Notes under the pieces: model-generated
The model's database searches: none
Told to the model about the DNA's origin: nothing
Seen by the model: only the letters and a program-made list of their open reading frames with translations
Assembly (NCBI GenBank): GCA_902493595.1
Contig: CABUPU010000004.1
Span: forward strand, 9,958 to 73,957
DNA length: 64,000 nucleotides
Reading direction: 5' to 3'
DNA from: an uncultured Mycoplasma sp.
GTDB lineage: Bacteria > Bacillota_I > Bacilli_A > RF39 > UBA660
Part shown: positions 27,682 through 36,938 of the stretch, in pieces
How positions within the stretch are numbered: the stretch's first letter is position 1
Layout: the number at the start of each line of letters is the position of its first letter
Made by a program: the position numbers and the translations under genes

Positions 27682-27984
27682 GTGGTATTTATGATAAATG
27701 ATGAAAAACTAGATTTTAAAAGTATGCAAGTTTTAAGAGAAAGTAAAAAGATAACACAAGTTAAATTAAGTTTAATGGTAGGAGTTTCTCAACAAAGTAT
27801 AACATACTATGAAAGCAATACTCGTATTCCCTCATTGCCTGTAGCATTTAGAATCGCAAAAGCACTTGGAACAAGTGTTGAAGGATTGGTTAATAGCAAT
27901 GACATAATTGCTAAATATTATTCGTTATGTGAAGCAGATAAAGAAACTGTTAATAAAATAATTGAAACATTATATAATAAATAA
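27682..27984 (+). CDS. XRE-family HTH transcriptional regulator
   Basis: 'VKLSLMVGVSQQSITYYESNTRIPSL'. Confidence 0.6.
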   Translation: MVFMINDEKLDFKSMQVLRESKKITQVKLSLMVGVSQQSITYYESNTRIPSLPVAFRIAKALGTSVEGLVNSNDIIAKYYSLCEADKETVNKIIETLYNK

Positions 27985-28068
27985 ATTTTAAAGCAACTTT
28001 AATCATATTTATTTTGACTTAATTAGAAAGGAAAATTAATTGCAAGTTTATAATTACTTATACAAAAT

Positions 28069-28102
28069 AAAACTACTTTCAGTTTAATTTGAAAGTAGTT
28101 TT
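28069..28102. terminator. bidirectional rho-independent terminator
   Basis: AAAACTACTTTCA-gtttaatt-TGAAAGTAGTTTT, a perfect 13-bp stem flanked by A/T runs on both sides. Confidence 0.6.
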
Positions 28103-28314
28103 ATTTATGATATATAATAATTGAAACAACATAGTAATAGAAAAAATAACCCTTACGGATTACTTTTCTGCCTAAGGGATCCCGTACTTAACATACGGTT
28201 AGAACATTCGCACATATAATGCTTGGTTCGATACATCTTAAAGGTCTTCTAAAGATATTAGATCATTTCTTTTAGAATTTACAACTAATTCTTCAAAATT
28301 TTTTCTTTTTCCAA

Positions 28315-29253
28315 TTATTTAATACTTTTTGTTAATGAAAGTTTTTGTACATTATTTTTATTATTTTCTAACTGAATACTTGGATTATAGATAAGCTTAT
28401 CATCCTCAAACCAAGAACCACACACAATTCCGCTTCTATGTATTATTGCAACATTAAGATATGTTGGTCTACGATTTTGAATATGAGTTGCTAGTTTATC
28501 ACCTACACAAATACGAACTGGTATGCCTTGATAATTAGCATTTAAGTATACATTTCGTCTTCTTATATCAGTTTCATTTGATATATTTAGTTTTTTTAGT
28601 GTGTAATTAAAAACATCATCTGTTTCTTTATTGCCAGGTAAAAGACGATTTAAATATAGTGGAATTCCTAATCTAGAATATTCATCGATATCAAATGATT
28701 CATCAATTGTAACTCTTAAGCAAAGTTTTTCTCCAAAAAGAATTTTAGCCTGTTCAATAGTCAAAATTGGTTTTGTGGCTTTGAATATTTTTTTGTTTAT
28801 TTCTTCGTTAACAGAATTGCGATGTAAATTTATATGATTAATTTTAGTTATACCACTAAAATAATCTTCGTTAAGTGCTGCACCATTAGTATTCCAGTTT
28901 ATATATGAATCGGGAAAGTAAGCTTTTATTAAATCTATTAAACTATTAAAATCTTTAGAATTAAGTGTCCCACCAGTAATAGCAACATTTTTTATATTAG
29001 GAAACTCCCTTAATACTTTTTCGCATATTTTCAGAAAATTTGCATTATCTATTGAATTTTTTCTAAGATATGTATCAATACAATATTCACAATTTGCATA
29101 ACAAGGTTCTGGTAAATTTATTACTATTGAATTAACAAAATCTAAACAAGGAATGCCAAAAACTTCACGAAAATGTGCATTAAAAGTTTCTATTCCTAGT
29201 TCTTTTTGAGCCGCTAATAATTCTTCATTTGCCTGATAATCTGAATCAATCAT
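28315..29253 (-). CDS. radical SAM domain protein (CxxxCxxC after a ~50-aa N-terminal extension); no SPASM domain
   Basis: 'CYANCEYC' plus the 'ITGGTLN' glycine-rich SAM motif. It is an isolated gene between tRNA-Leu and a convergent HTH gene. Confidence 0.65.
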   Translation of the reverse strand: MIDSDYQANEELLAAQKELGIETFNAHFREVFGIPCLDFVNSIVINLPEPCYANCEYCIDTYLRKNSIDNANFLKICEKVLREFPNIKNVAITGGTLNSKDFNSLIDLIKAYFPDSYINWNTNGAALNEDYFSGITKINHINLHRNSVNEEINKKIFKATKPILTIEQAKILFGEKLCLRVTIDESFDIDEYSRLGIPLYLNRLLPGNKETDDVFNYTLKKLNISNETDIRRRNVYLNANYQGIPVRICVGDKLATHIQNRRPTYLNVAIIHRSGIVCGSWFEDDKLIYNPSIQLENNKNNVQKLSLTKSIK

Positions 29254-29321
29254 AAAAATGCCTACTTTTTATGAGATATTATATCATAATTTTTTATAAA
29301 ATAAATAAATAAATATTTAAT

Positions 29322-29353
29322 CAAAATAAAACTCGAACTAAAAAGTTCGAGTT
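29322..29353 (-). terminator. terminator downstream of tRNA-Leu
   Basis: AACTCGAAC-taaaaa-GTTCGAGTT with a U-run on the minus strand. Confidence 0.55.
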
Positions 29354-29364
29354 AGGTATTTTAT

Positions 29365-29452
29365 TGGTGCTTGTAATCGGGGTCGAACCGATACTTTCTT
29401 TTGGAAAAATAGATTTTGAGTCTATCGCGTCTACCAATTCCGCCATACAAGC
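29365..29452 (-). tRNA. tRNA-Leu (anticodon CAA), type II with a long variable arm, encoded CCA
   Basis: On the reverse strand: GCTTGTA-TG-GCGGAATTGGTAGACGCG-ATAGA-CTCAAAA-TCTAT-(variable arm)-ATCGG-TTCGACC-CCGAT-TACAAGC-A-CCA. Confidence 0.85.
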
Positions 29453-29479
29453 AACAAACAAATACATTATATCATTTAA

Positions 29480-30838
29480 TTATTGTTTTTTCAAATAATC
29501 TAAAACAATTTCTTTATCATCTAGGTGATGTTTTTCATGTCCTATAATTTGATAATCTTCATGCCCTTTACCAAGAATTAATAAAGTATCATTTTTATTA
29601 AGCATTTCTAACCCTTTATTAATAGCTTCTTTTCTATCAAAGATTATTTCATAATTTGTTTTATGAACACCACTTATTATATTATCCATAATTATTTTAG
29701 GGTCTTCAGTACGAGGATTATCATTAGTAAATATTACATAATCACTTTTTTGGGTAGCAACATTTCCCATAATAGGTCTTTTTTTAGGATCTCTATCTCC
29801 ACCACAACCTACAATAGTAATTATTTTACCTTTTTTATTTTCTAAAAAAGAATTAATTATTTTTTCAACAGCATCTGGTGTATGAGCATAGTCAATAACT
29901 GCCTCAGCATCACGTACTTTAATTTGTTCACATCTTCCCTTCGGAGGAAAAACATCTTTAGTTATATCAAATATTTTTTGAATATCTATTCCATAAGTAT
30001 TAATTATGGCTAGTGCCGTCATATAGTTATAAACATTAAATTTACCCCTTAAATTAGTTGTAACACTTAAATTTTTTTCATGATATTTAAAATTAATTAT
30101 TGTACCACTATCAGTACTTTCATAACTTTTTACTTCATAATCAGATTTAGTAAATCCAATTGTTTTATAATTTTTCTTTTCAAAATACTTACCATATTCA
30201 TCATCATTATTAACAATAATTGTACCAGTGTCCTTTAGGTAATCTAAAATTAAAAGTTTTGCTTTTAAATAATTTTCCATAGTTTTATGATAATCTAAAT
30301 GATCCTCGGTAAGATTTGTAAATGCCTCAATAGTAAAAGATAAACCTTCGACTCTTTTAAAAGATAAAGCATGTGATGAAACCTCCATTACAACAGCTTT
30401 GCAGCCCTTTTCAAGAGCAGTAGTTAGCATTGAATAAATCTCAGTTATCTCAGGAGTTGTATTAGGTAATTCATAAACTTCATTCTCTATATAAAAACCA
30501 ATTGTACCAATATAAGCAGTTTTAATTCCAAGTTTATTAAGCATTTGATAAGTTAAAAAACAAGTAGTTGTTTTACCATTTGTACCAGTTACACCAATAA
30601 TATCAAGTTTATTAACAATATCCTTATAATTATCAACAATATATTTTTGTAAATACTCTTTTGTATCAGGAACAACAATTGTTTCAACGTTATAACTTCC
30701 ATGTTCACATACTATTTTTGATGCACCATTTTCAATTGCTTTTTCAATATAATCGTGTCCATCAACAGTATTTCCCTTTATAGCAATAAAAGTATCACCT
30801 TTTTTAACTTTTCTTGAATCAGTTTTAATATTTATCAT
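29480..30838 (-). CDS. murE: UDP-N-acetylmuramoyl-L-alanyl-D-glutamate--2,6-diaminopimelate ligase (meso-DAP type; DNPR motif)
   Basis: Mur ligase domains; 'DNPRTEDP' is the DAP-specifying motif. Confidence 0.9.
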   Translation of the reverse strand: MINIKTDSRKVKKGDTFIAIKGNTVDGHDYIEKAIENGASKIVCEHGSYNVETIVVPDTKEYLQKYIVDNYKDIVNKLDIIGVTGTNGKTTTCFLTYQMLNKLGIKTAYIGTIGFYIENEVYELPNTTPEITEIYSMLTTALEKGCKAVVMEVSSHALSFKRVEGLSFTIEAFTNLTEDHLDYHKTMENYLKAKLLILDYLKDTGTIIVNNDDEYGKYFEKKNYKTIGFTKSDYEVKSYESTDSGTIINFKYHEKNLSVTTNLRGKFNVYNYMTALAIINTYGIDIQKIFDITKDVFPPKGRCEQIKVRDAEAVIDYAHTPDAVEKIINSFLENKKGKIITIVGCGGDRDPKKRPIMGNVATQKSDYVIFTNDNPRTEDPKIIMDNIISGVHKTNYEIIFDRKEAINKGLEMLNKNDTLLILGKGHEDYQIIGHEKHHLDDKEIVLDYLKKQ

Positions 30839-30850
30839 AATTAATCCTTT

Positions 30851-32671
30851 CTATATTTCATTAAAATATATGTCGTACCACACTAAAAATGTGTATATTG
30901 TCCAAACCTTTTTATATGAATCTCTTTTACCATTTTTATGTTCTTCGAGAAGTTTATTAATTTTTTTTGTATCAAAAAATAATTTTGCACTTTCTCCATT
31001 AAATTTTTCTTTAATTATATTATATAACTTATCAGTTTTAATCCACTCTCTCAAAGGAACAGGAAACCCAAGCTTTTTCTTTTTATATGCTTCATTAGGT
31101 ATTACCTTCGAAGCGGCTTTTCTAAGAGCAACCTTTGTAGTTTCTTTATTTATTTTTGCATAAGTAGGTAAAGATTTTGCAACTTCATAAACTTTATTAT
31201 CTAGAAATGGAGTTCTTGCCTCAAGGCCAAACATCATTGTATTTCTATCTACTGCATGTAAAAAATCATTTACTAACCAATAATAATAATCAATCATTTG
31301 TCTTTGAATTAATGTAGAATTATCTTTATATCTATCATAAATATTCTTTACAATATCTTTTGTATTTATTTGATTTGGAATTTTAACAATACTTTGTGCT
31401 TCTTTATCACGAAATACTCTTCCTAAACCAATGTTATAATTTTCTAACTTTTGTCCTCTTCGATAAAGAAAATTAAAACCTCTTATATCTGGAAAAATAC
31501 TCACAATATTTGAGACAATATGTCTTAAAAAATAAGGTAATTTCATATATCCTTGCATAGTAAGTTCCTCTTGGTAAGAGTTATAACCTGCAAAAAATTC
31601 ATCTGCTCCTTCACCAGAAAGAACAACTTTTACCTCTTTCGAAGCTATTTCTGACACAAAATATAAAGCAATTGCTGATGGGTCCGCTAAAGGTTCATCC
31701 ATATAATACATAATTTTAGGAAAAGATTCTATATATTCATCCATAGTAATTTTCTTTGAATAATTTTCAATACCTAACTTATCAGATAAATCTTTTGCAT
31801 AACTAATTTCATCAAATTTTGGATTATCATATCCAACGGTAAACGTTTTATCTGGTTTTGCAAGTGAAACTATATACGAAGAATCTATTCCACTTGATAA
31901 AAATGAACCTACTTCAACATCACTTATTTGATGATATTCAACTGAATTTTTCATTGCTTTATCAATATTATCAACAATTTTATCCATATCATCATTTTTT
32001 TCTTTAAATTCTAGTGTAAAGAAACTTTTTGTTTTAATCTTACCATCTTTATAAATTAAATAGGTTCCTGGGTCAAGTCTATATACCCCTTTGAAAAAGG
32101 TTTCTGATGTTGGAACAGAGTTAAAACATAAATATGCAGATAATATATCAGTATTTAGTTTTTTTTCAAAATCTGGATTTGCTAAAAATGCTTTTGGTTC
32201 TGAGGCAAACATAAATGTATCATTAAATTTTGCATAATAAAGTGGTTTAATACCAAAACCATCTCTTGCCATAAATAATTCATTTTTATTTTTATCCCAT
32301 ATTGCAAAAGAAAACATACCTCTTAAATGATTTGGAAGTTTTTCACCCCACTGTTCATAACCATGAAGTATTACTTCAGTATCAGTTTTTGTTTTAAAAA
32401 CATGTTTCTTTTTTAATAAAGCGTCTTTTAATTCCTTAAAATTATAAACTTCTCCATTATAAATAATAACCTTACTTTTATCTTCATTATATATTGGTTG
32501 TGCACCAGTATTTAAATCAATTATTGCAAGTCTACGATGAGCAAGTGCACAATTATCATCAATATAAAAACCTTCACCATCTGGACCACGATGCTCAATT
32601 TTTTTTGACATATCTTTAATTATTTTCTCTTTGTTTTCTTTATTATTTACAAATCCTACGATTCCACACAT
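30851..32671 (-). CDS. asnB: asparagine synthase (glutamine-hydrolysing)
   Basis: N-terminal 'MCGIVGF' Ntn glutaminase and a 'SGGIDSS' PP-loop. Confidence 0.9.
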   Translation of the reverse strand: MCGIVGFVNNKENKEKIIKDMSKKIEHRGPDGEGFYIDDNCALAHRRLAIIDLNTGAQPIYNEDKSKVIIYNGEVYNFKELKDALLKKKHVFKTKTDTEVILHGYEQWGEKLPNHLRGMFSFAIWDKNKNELFMARDGFGIKPLYYAKFNDTFMFASEPKAFLANPDFEKKLNTDILSAYLCFNSVPTSETFFKGVYRLDPGTYLIYKDGKIKTKSFFTLEFKEKNDDMDKIVDNIDKAMKNSVEYHQISDVEVGSFLSSGIDSSYIVSLAKPDKTFTVGYDNPKFDEISYAKDLSDKLGIENYSKKITMDEYIESFPKIMYYMDEPLADPSAIALYFVSEIASKEVKVVLSGEGADEFFAGYNSYQEELTMQGYMKLPYFLRHIVSNIVSIFPDIRGFNFLYRRGQKLENYNIGLGRVFRDKEAQSIVKIPNQINTKDIVKNIYDRYKDNSTLIQRQMIDYYYWLVNDFLHAVDRNTMMFGLEARTPFLDNKVYEVAKSLPTYAKINKETTKVALRKAASKVIPNEAYKKKKLGFPVPLREWIKTDKLYNIIKEKFNGESAKLFFDTKKINKLLEEHKNGKRDSYKKVWTIYTFLVWYDIYFNEI

Positions 32672-32686
32672 ACTATCACCTTCTTG

Positions 32687-33265
32687 TTAGTTTTCTTTAT
32701 ATGTACTTTTATATAAATCTACTTCTTCATTTGAATTTTCTTTATTAAATTTAATTTCTGGTAAATCACTTAATGATGCAAGTCCAAAATAATCTAAAAA
32801 TTCTCTTGTTGTTTTATATAAATTTGGATGTCCTGGTAAATCAGACTTTCCACATACTTTAATTAAGTCTTTTGCCATTAATTTTTTTATCATAAAAGAT
32901 GAAGAAATTCCTCTTAAATTGTCTACACCAGTTCTAGTAATTGGTTCATTATATGCAATAATTGCAAGTGTTTCAAGTGCTGCTTGAGATAATGTTTCAG
33001 TTCCTGAAGTATCCTTAATTAGTTTTTGATAATACTCAATATGCTCTTTTTTAGTCGTTAATTTAAAAGAGTTAGATAAATAACTTATTCGAATACCTCT
33101 TTCAGCTTTTTCATATTCTTTCTGTAAATCATTTAAAAGTTTTCTAGCTTCTTTTTCATCAATTTCCAAAACTTCACAAATTTTTTCTAAAGTAATACCT
33201 TCATCTCCGACCACAAATAGTATTCCCTCTAAAACTGCTAATTTATTCATTATATACCTCAACAT
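32687..33265 (-). CDS. scpB: segregation and condensation protein B
   Basis: ScpB fold; 'VLEGILFVVGDEGITL'. Confidence 0.85.
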   Translation of the reverse strand: MLRYIMNKLAVLEGILFVVGDEGITLEKICEVLEIDEKEARKLLNDLQKEYEKAERGIRISYLSNSFKLTTKKEHIEYYQKLIKDTSGTETLSQAALETLAIIAYNEPITRTGVDNLRGISSSFMIKKLMAKDLIKVCGKSDLPGHPNLYKTTREFLDYFGLASLSDLPEIKFNKENSNEEVDLYKSTYKEN

Positions 33266-33959
33266 ATATTTTACTAAAATTTTTGTTTTGTGACAAGGTT
33301 ATCAAATTATCTTTACTCATTTCTAAAATACTTAAAAAAGTAACAACAATTTCCTCTTTTGTACATTCATTAAAAAGCCTAGTAAACTCAACCTTTTTTT
33401 CTCTACTCAAAATATCTTTTATATAATTAATTTTATCTTTAACACTAATTTCTTTTCTAGCAATTTTTGTATTTCTTGGTTTTTTATACTCTAATCTTTC
33501 GGATATTTCAAGCATTGCATTAACAAGATCCTCTAAAGAAACATCATCACTTAAATAAGTTTCATTATTAGCATATTCCTTTAAACTTTCTGGTACTTTT
33601 GTAAAATAATCTTGTCTATTTTTTTCAAGTTCACGAAAATCATTAGTAATAGTTTGATATTTTTCATATTCAATTAATCTATTACGTAAATCTTCTTCAC
33701 TATTAATTTCATAATTATCATCGTCTTCTTCTTCATCAAAACCTAATATAATTTTACTTTTTAAATGTATTAGTTCTGATGCCATAACTAAATACTCACT
33801 TTTATTATCTAAATCATTTTTATCAAGTGAGTTTATAAAGTTGATGTATTCATCTATTATTATCTTTAAATCTATTTCATATATGTCAAGTTCATGTTTT
33901 TTAACCATATGAAGCATTAAATCTAAAGGTCCTGTAAAATCTTTAATATTAAAATTCAT
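33243..33959 (-). CDS. scpA: segregation and condensation protein A
   Basis: ScpA 'FTGPLDLMLHMVKKHELDIYEIDL'. Confidence 0.85.
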   Translation of the reverse strand: MNFNIKDFTGPLDLMLHMVKKHELDIYEIDLKIIIDEYINFINSLDKNDLDNKSEYLVMASELIHLKSKIILGFDEEEDDDNYEINSEEDLRNRLIEYEKYQTITNDFRELEKNRQDYFTKVPESLKEYANNETYLSDDVSLEDLVNAMLEISERLEYKKPRNTKIARKEISVKDKINYIKDILSREKKVEFTRLFNECTKEEIVVTFLSILEMSKDNLITLSQNKNFSKIYVEVYNE

Positions 33960-33970
33960 TTTTCTCCTTA

Positions 33971-34906
33971 CTAACTACAAGTAAAGAATTCAGCGGTCAT
34001 TTCATAATTAATTTTAATTGGACTTACTCCTTTACTATAGTAATAAATATTATCAATTTTTGTATCACCGGCATTATAATCCATAGTTAATCTATATCTA
34101 AATCCATTAGTTATTTCAGTTACTGTTGCAGTAACACCTGACTTACCTTCAAAAGATGCTGCTAAAGTAGTGTATTCATTAAATAAGTTTGCATAATTTA
34201 CATTATCATTAGTAACTATTATAGTATCTTCATATTTAAATAACTTATCATTTTCAAAAAAATATATAATTGATTCGCCATTATTATTTTTACAAGTCAT
34301 CGCAGATTTATTTTCACTATCAACATCAAGGCTAATTAAATCATAATCACTTTCCTCGAGTTTAGCAATATTATACTTTGTTGGAGTAACACTTAACTGA
34401 TATGAAAAGTTTTTATTAGATTTATTAGTAATAATACCATTAATTTTAATTACAGAAATTTGAGAATTACTGTCATCATATAGTCTAATAAAATATGAAT
34501 CATTTGTTAAATTAAGTTCTTTATCTGCATTATTGTTAACTAAAAAACTTAGTGTTCCAGCATCAAAACTAATATTAGTAAATGTAGTTTCATTTAACTT
34601 TACTTCATTATTTGTAAATGCATAAATAGTATTTTTACTATTTTCGGTAACATTTGTTGTGGTGTTAGTCCCATTTTCAGTACCATTTGTAGTGTTATTA
34701 TTTACTACATAATTATTCGTAAAGGCTTTATTATATAAATAATCACGATATGCTTTTTGAATATCAGGTAAGAAATAAATTACCACAATAAAAATAATAA
34801 ATAAAAAAAGTGTTCCAATCCAACCATATTTTTTTGTATCAGTTCTTCCTATTGTAACTGATTGTAAAGGATTTGTATCTATATTAACTTTTCTTCTTCT
34901 AGCCAA
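33971..34906 (-). CDS. membrane-anchored Asn/Thr-rich extracellular protein, unknown function
   Basis: N-terminal TM followed by a low-complexity NT-rich region. Confidence 0.4.
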   Translation of the reverse strand: MARRRKVNIDTNPLQSVTIGRTDTKKYGWIGTLFLFIIFIVVIYFLPDIQKAYRDYLYNKAFTNNYVVNNNTTNGTENGTNTTTNVTENSKNTIYAFTNNEVKLNETTFTNISFDAGTLSFLVNNNADKELNLTNDSYFIRLYDDSNSQISVIKINGIITNKSNKNFSYQLSVTPTKYNIAKLEESDYDLISLDVDSENKSAMTCKNNNGESIIYFFENDKLFKYEDTIIVTNDNVNYANLFNEYTTLAASFEGKSGVTATVTEITNGFRYRLTMDYNAGDTKIDNIYYYSKGVSPIKINYEMTAEFFTCS

Positions 34907-35027
34907 GTTATTCCCTCCTACTCTTCATAATAATTATACTATATTTGCAAATATAAAACAAGAAAAGTATTGCACTTTAATTTAATTATTGTTATAATAT
35001 ATCTAGTTTTGTTGAAGCAAAACGTTT

Positions 35028-35104
35028 TGGCGGGGTATATCAACTGGCTAGATAGTTCGGTTCATACCCGAAATGTTGGGGGTTCGAGTCCCTCCCCCGC
35101 TACC
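35028..35104 (+). tRNA. tRNA-Met (anticodon CAT), elongator type
   Basis: GGCGGGG-TA-TATC-AACTGGCTA-GATA-G-TTCGG-TTCATAC-CCGAA-ATGTT-GGGGG-TTCGAGT-CCCTC-CCCCGCT-A-CCA. It is close to B. subtilis elongator tRNA-Met (G1-U72). Confidence 0.85.
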
Positions 35105-35115
35105 AAATAAATTTA

Positions 35116-35139
35116 TGTCAAACATTAATGTTTGACTTT
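35116..35139 (+). terminator. terminator after tRNA-Met
   Basis: Perfect palindrome GTCAAACATTAATGTTTGAC followed by TTT. Confidence 0.55.
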
Positions 35140-35275
35140 AATAAATAACTAATTCTAGTAAGGGTTAGTTTTTTTATACTATTAAAACTGTTTAAAAATC
35201 AATTAAGAAAAATAAATTTTTATTTAAAAAGTATTGCATATTGTCAATAAATAGTGTATATTACTTATTGAGATG

Positions 35276-35316
35276 TGCCTAGGAAACTTTAGAAGCCCTA
35301 GGTCTTTTTCATTTTA
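35276..35316. repeat. 40-bp direct repeat copy 1 with a CCTAGG-palindrome hairpin (terminator-like), 12 nt upstream of the abi RBS
   Basis: GTGCCTAGGAAACTTTAGAAGCCCTAGGTCTTTTTCATTT; compare 36250-36289. Confidence 0.65.
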
Positions 35317-35328
35317 TAGGAGGTAAAA

Positions 35329-36216
35329 ATGGCTAAAGAATTTAAATCAACAAATGAATTATTAGAAATAATTAATTCAAAAGGTTTATTAGTAAAAGAT
35401 AATAATAATTTCAGATATCTAATTGGAAAGTACTCATATTATTCAATAGTAAATACTTATAAGCTGATATTTAAAATTGGAAATAACTATAAAAATAACG
35501 CTTCGTTCGAAGAAATATTTGCAATGTATAAGTTTGATAAGAACTTAAAAATAATAATGCTTAAATATATTCTTGAAATTGAAGCTGTTATTAAAACAAA
35601 AATTGCTAATCTATTTGCTGAAAAGTATGGATTAGAAGATTATTTAAATATTAACAATTTTGATTTAAAAGATGATAATTCTAATTTAGAACATATAGAA
35701 AAATTAATTGAAGAAATAAAAAATGAAATTGATAAAGGAAATGGTAAACATGATGCAATAACTCATTATATGAATAAGTATGGATTTGTTCCACCTTGGG
35801 TTGTTACTAAAATATTATCTCTTGGAACTATTAGTAAATTTTATGGTTTAATGAAACAACAAGATAGACAAGAAATAAGTAAGCAATTTCATATAAATGA
35901 TAGAATATTAAAAAATATTCTTGGTAATTTAACATCAGTTCGTAATATAGCAGCTCACGATGATAGATTATATACCTATAGAAGTACTTTCTATATTAGA
36001 TTAGACAAAACTAAAAAATCACCAGATAAAGTATTACATACAAATATGTATATAATAATTAAATCGTTGGAATTATTATTAGAAAACGATCAAGCAATTG
36101 AAATGAAAAACTTAATTATAAAGGAATTAGATATATTAAAAAATAGTTTAACTTCAATAAAAATTGATGAAGTATTAAAGGTAATGGGATTCGATAAGAA
36201 CTATTACACTGCATAA
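35329..36216 (+). CDS. abortive infection protein, Abi_2 family (AbiD/AbiD1/AbiF-like)
   Basis: 295 aa with the conserved 'SVRNIAAHDDRLYTYR' motif of Abi_2. It is a tRNA-adjacent, single-gene islet. Confidence 0.6.
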   Translation: MAKEFKSTNELLEIINSKGLLVKDNNNFRYLIGKYSYYSIVNTYKLIFKIGNNYKNNASFEEIFAMYKFDKNLKIIMLKYILEIEAVIKTKIANLFAEKYGLEDYLNINNFDLKDDNSNLEHIEKLIEEIKNEIDKGNGKHDAITHYMNKYGFVPPWVVTKILSLGTISKFYGLMKQQDRQEISKQFHINDRILKNILGNLTSVRNIAAHDDRLYTYRSTFYIRLDKTKKSPDKVLHTNMYIIIKSLELLLENDQAIEMKNLIIKELDILKNSLTSIKIDEVLKVMGFDKNYYTA

Positions 36217-36249
36217 ATATTGATTCACAGCATATAATAATAATGAAAA

Positions 36250-36289
36250 GTGCCTAGGAAACTTTAGAAGCCCTAGGCCTTTTTCATTT
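36250..36289. repeat. 40-bp direct repeat copy 2 (GCCTAGG-N13-CCTAGGC hairpin + T-run), terminator of abi
   Basis: GTGCCTAGGAAACTTTAGAAGCCCTAGGCCTTTTTCATTT. Confidence 0.65.
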
Positions 36290-36435
36290 ATCTCATTATA
36301 AAAGTAATGATAAACATGATGAAAAATGAATACTAATATAAGATTAATTGTTTATGAAATATTTTTGAAGTTTCAAACATACAACGTATTTGTACGGAAT
36401 AAATATTTAATAGATAGAAATATCTATTTTTTTTT

Positions 36436-36461
36436 AAACAAAATAAAGTGTTCAGTCAAGA
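36436..36461 (+). terminator. rho-independent terminator
   Basis: AAGTGTTC-agtcaa-GAACACTT followed by TTTTT. Confidence 0.5.
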
Positions 36462-36590
36462 ACACTTTTTTAGAGGTGATTATTTATAATAAATAATCCA
36501 ATATAATTTTAGCATGTTTTTCTATAAACCTCAACGAACAAGTGAGTATAATTTTACTTAATTAATGAGAAAATAATATTAGAAAGACTG

Positions 36591-36848
36591 GTGAGCATAT
36601 TGCATAATAAAAATGATGAAAATTATATTTATTATTTAGTTGCTCACAACCTAAAATCTATTAGAAAGAAAAAAGGATTTACTCAAGCTAAATTTGCAGA
36701 ACTTTGTAATTATAGTGAAGGATTTATAATGAATATTGAAAGTAATAAATATTTACAAACATTTAGTTTAGGAACACTTTGGAAGTTTGCCCAAGTTTTA
36801 GAAATTGATATACGAGAGTTATTTATACCAATTGATGATAATAAATAA
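36591..36848 (+). CDS. XRE-family HTH protein (GTG start)
   Basis: 'LKSIRKKKGFTQAKFAELCNYSEGFIMNIESNK'. Confidence 0.5.
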   Translation: MSILHNKNDENYIYYLVAHNLKSIRKKKGFTQAKFAELCNYSEGFIMNIESNKYLQTFSLGTLWKFAQVLEIDIRELFIPIDDNK

Positions 36849-36938
36849 CTTTTTTTCATTTGTAGACAAAACATAAAATATATGATATAATCTATTTGTT
36901 TTTGAAAAACTTTTAAAAATAAGAAAGAAGGATTTTAT

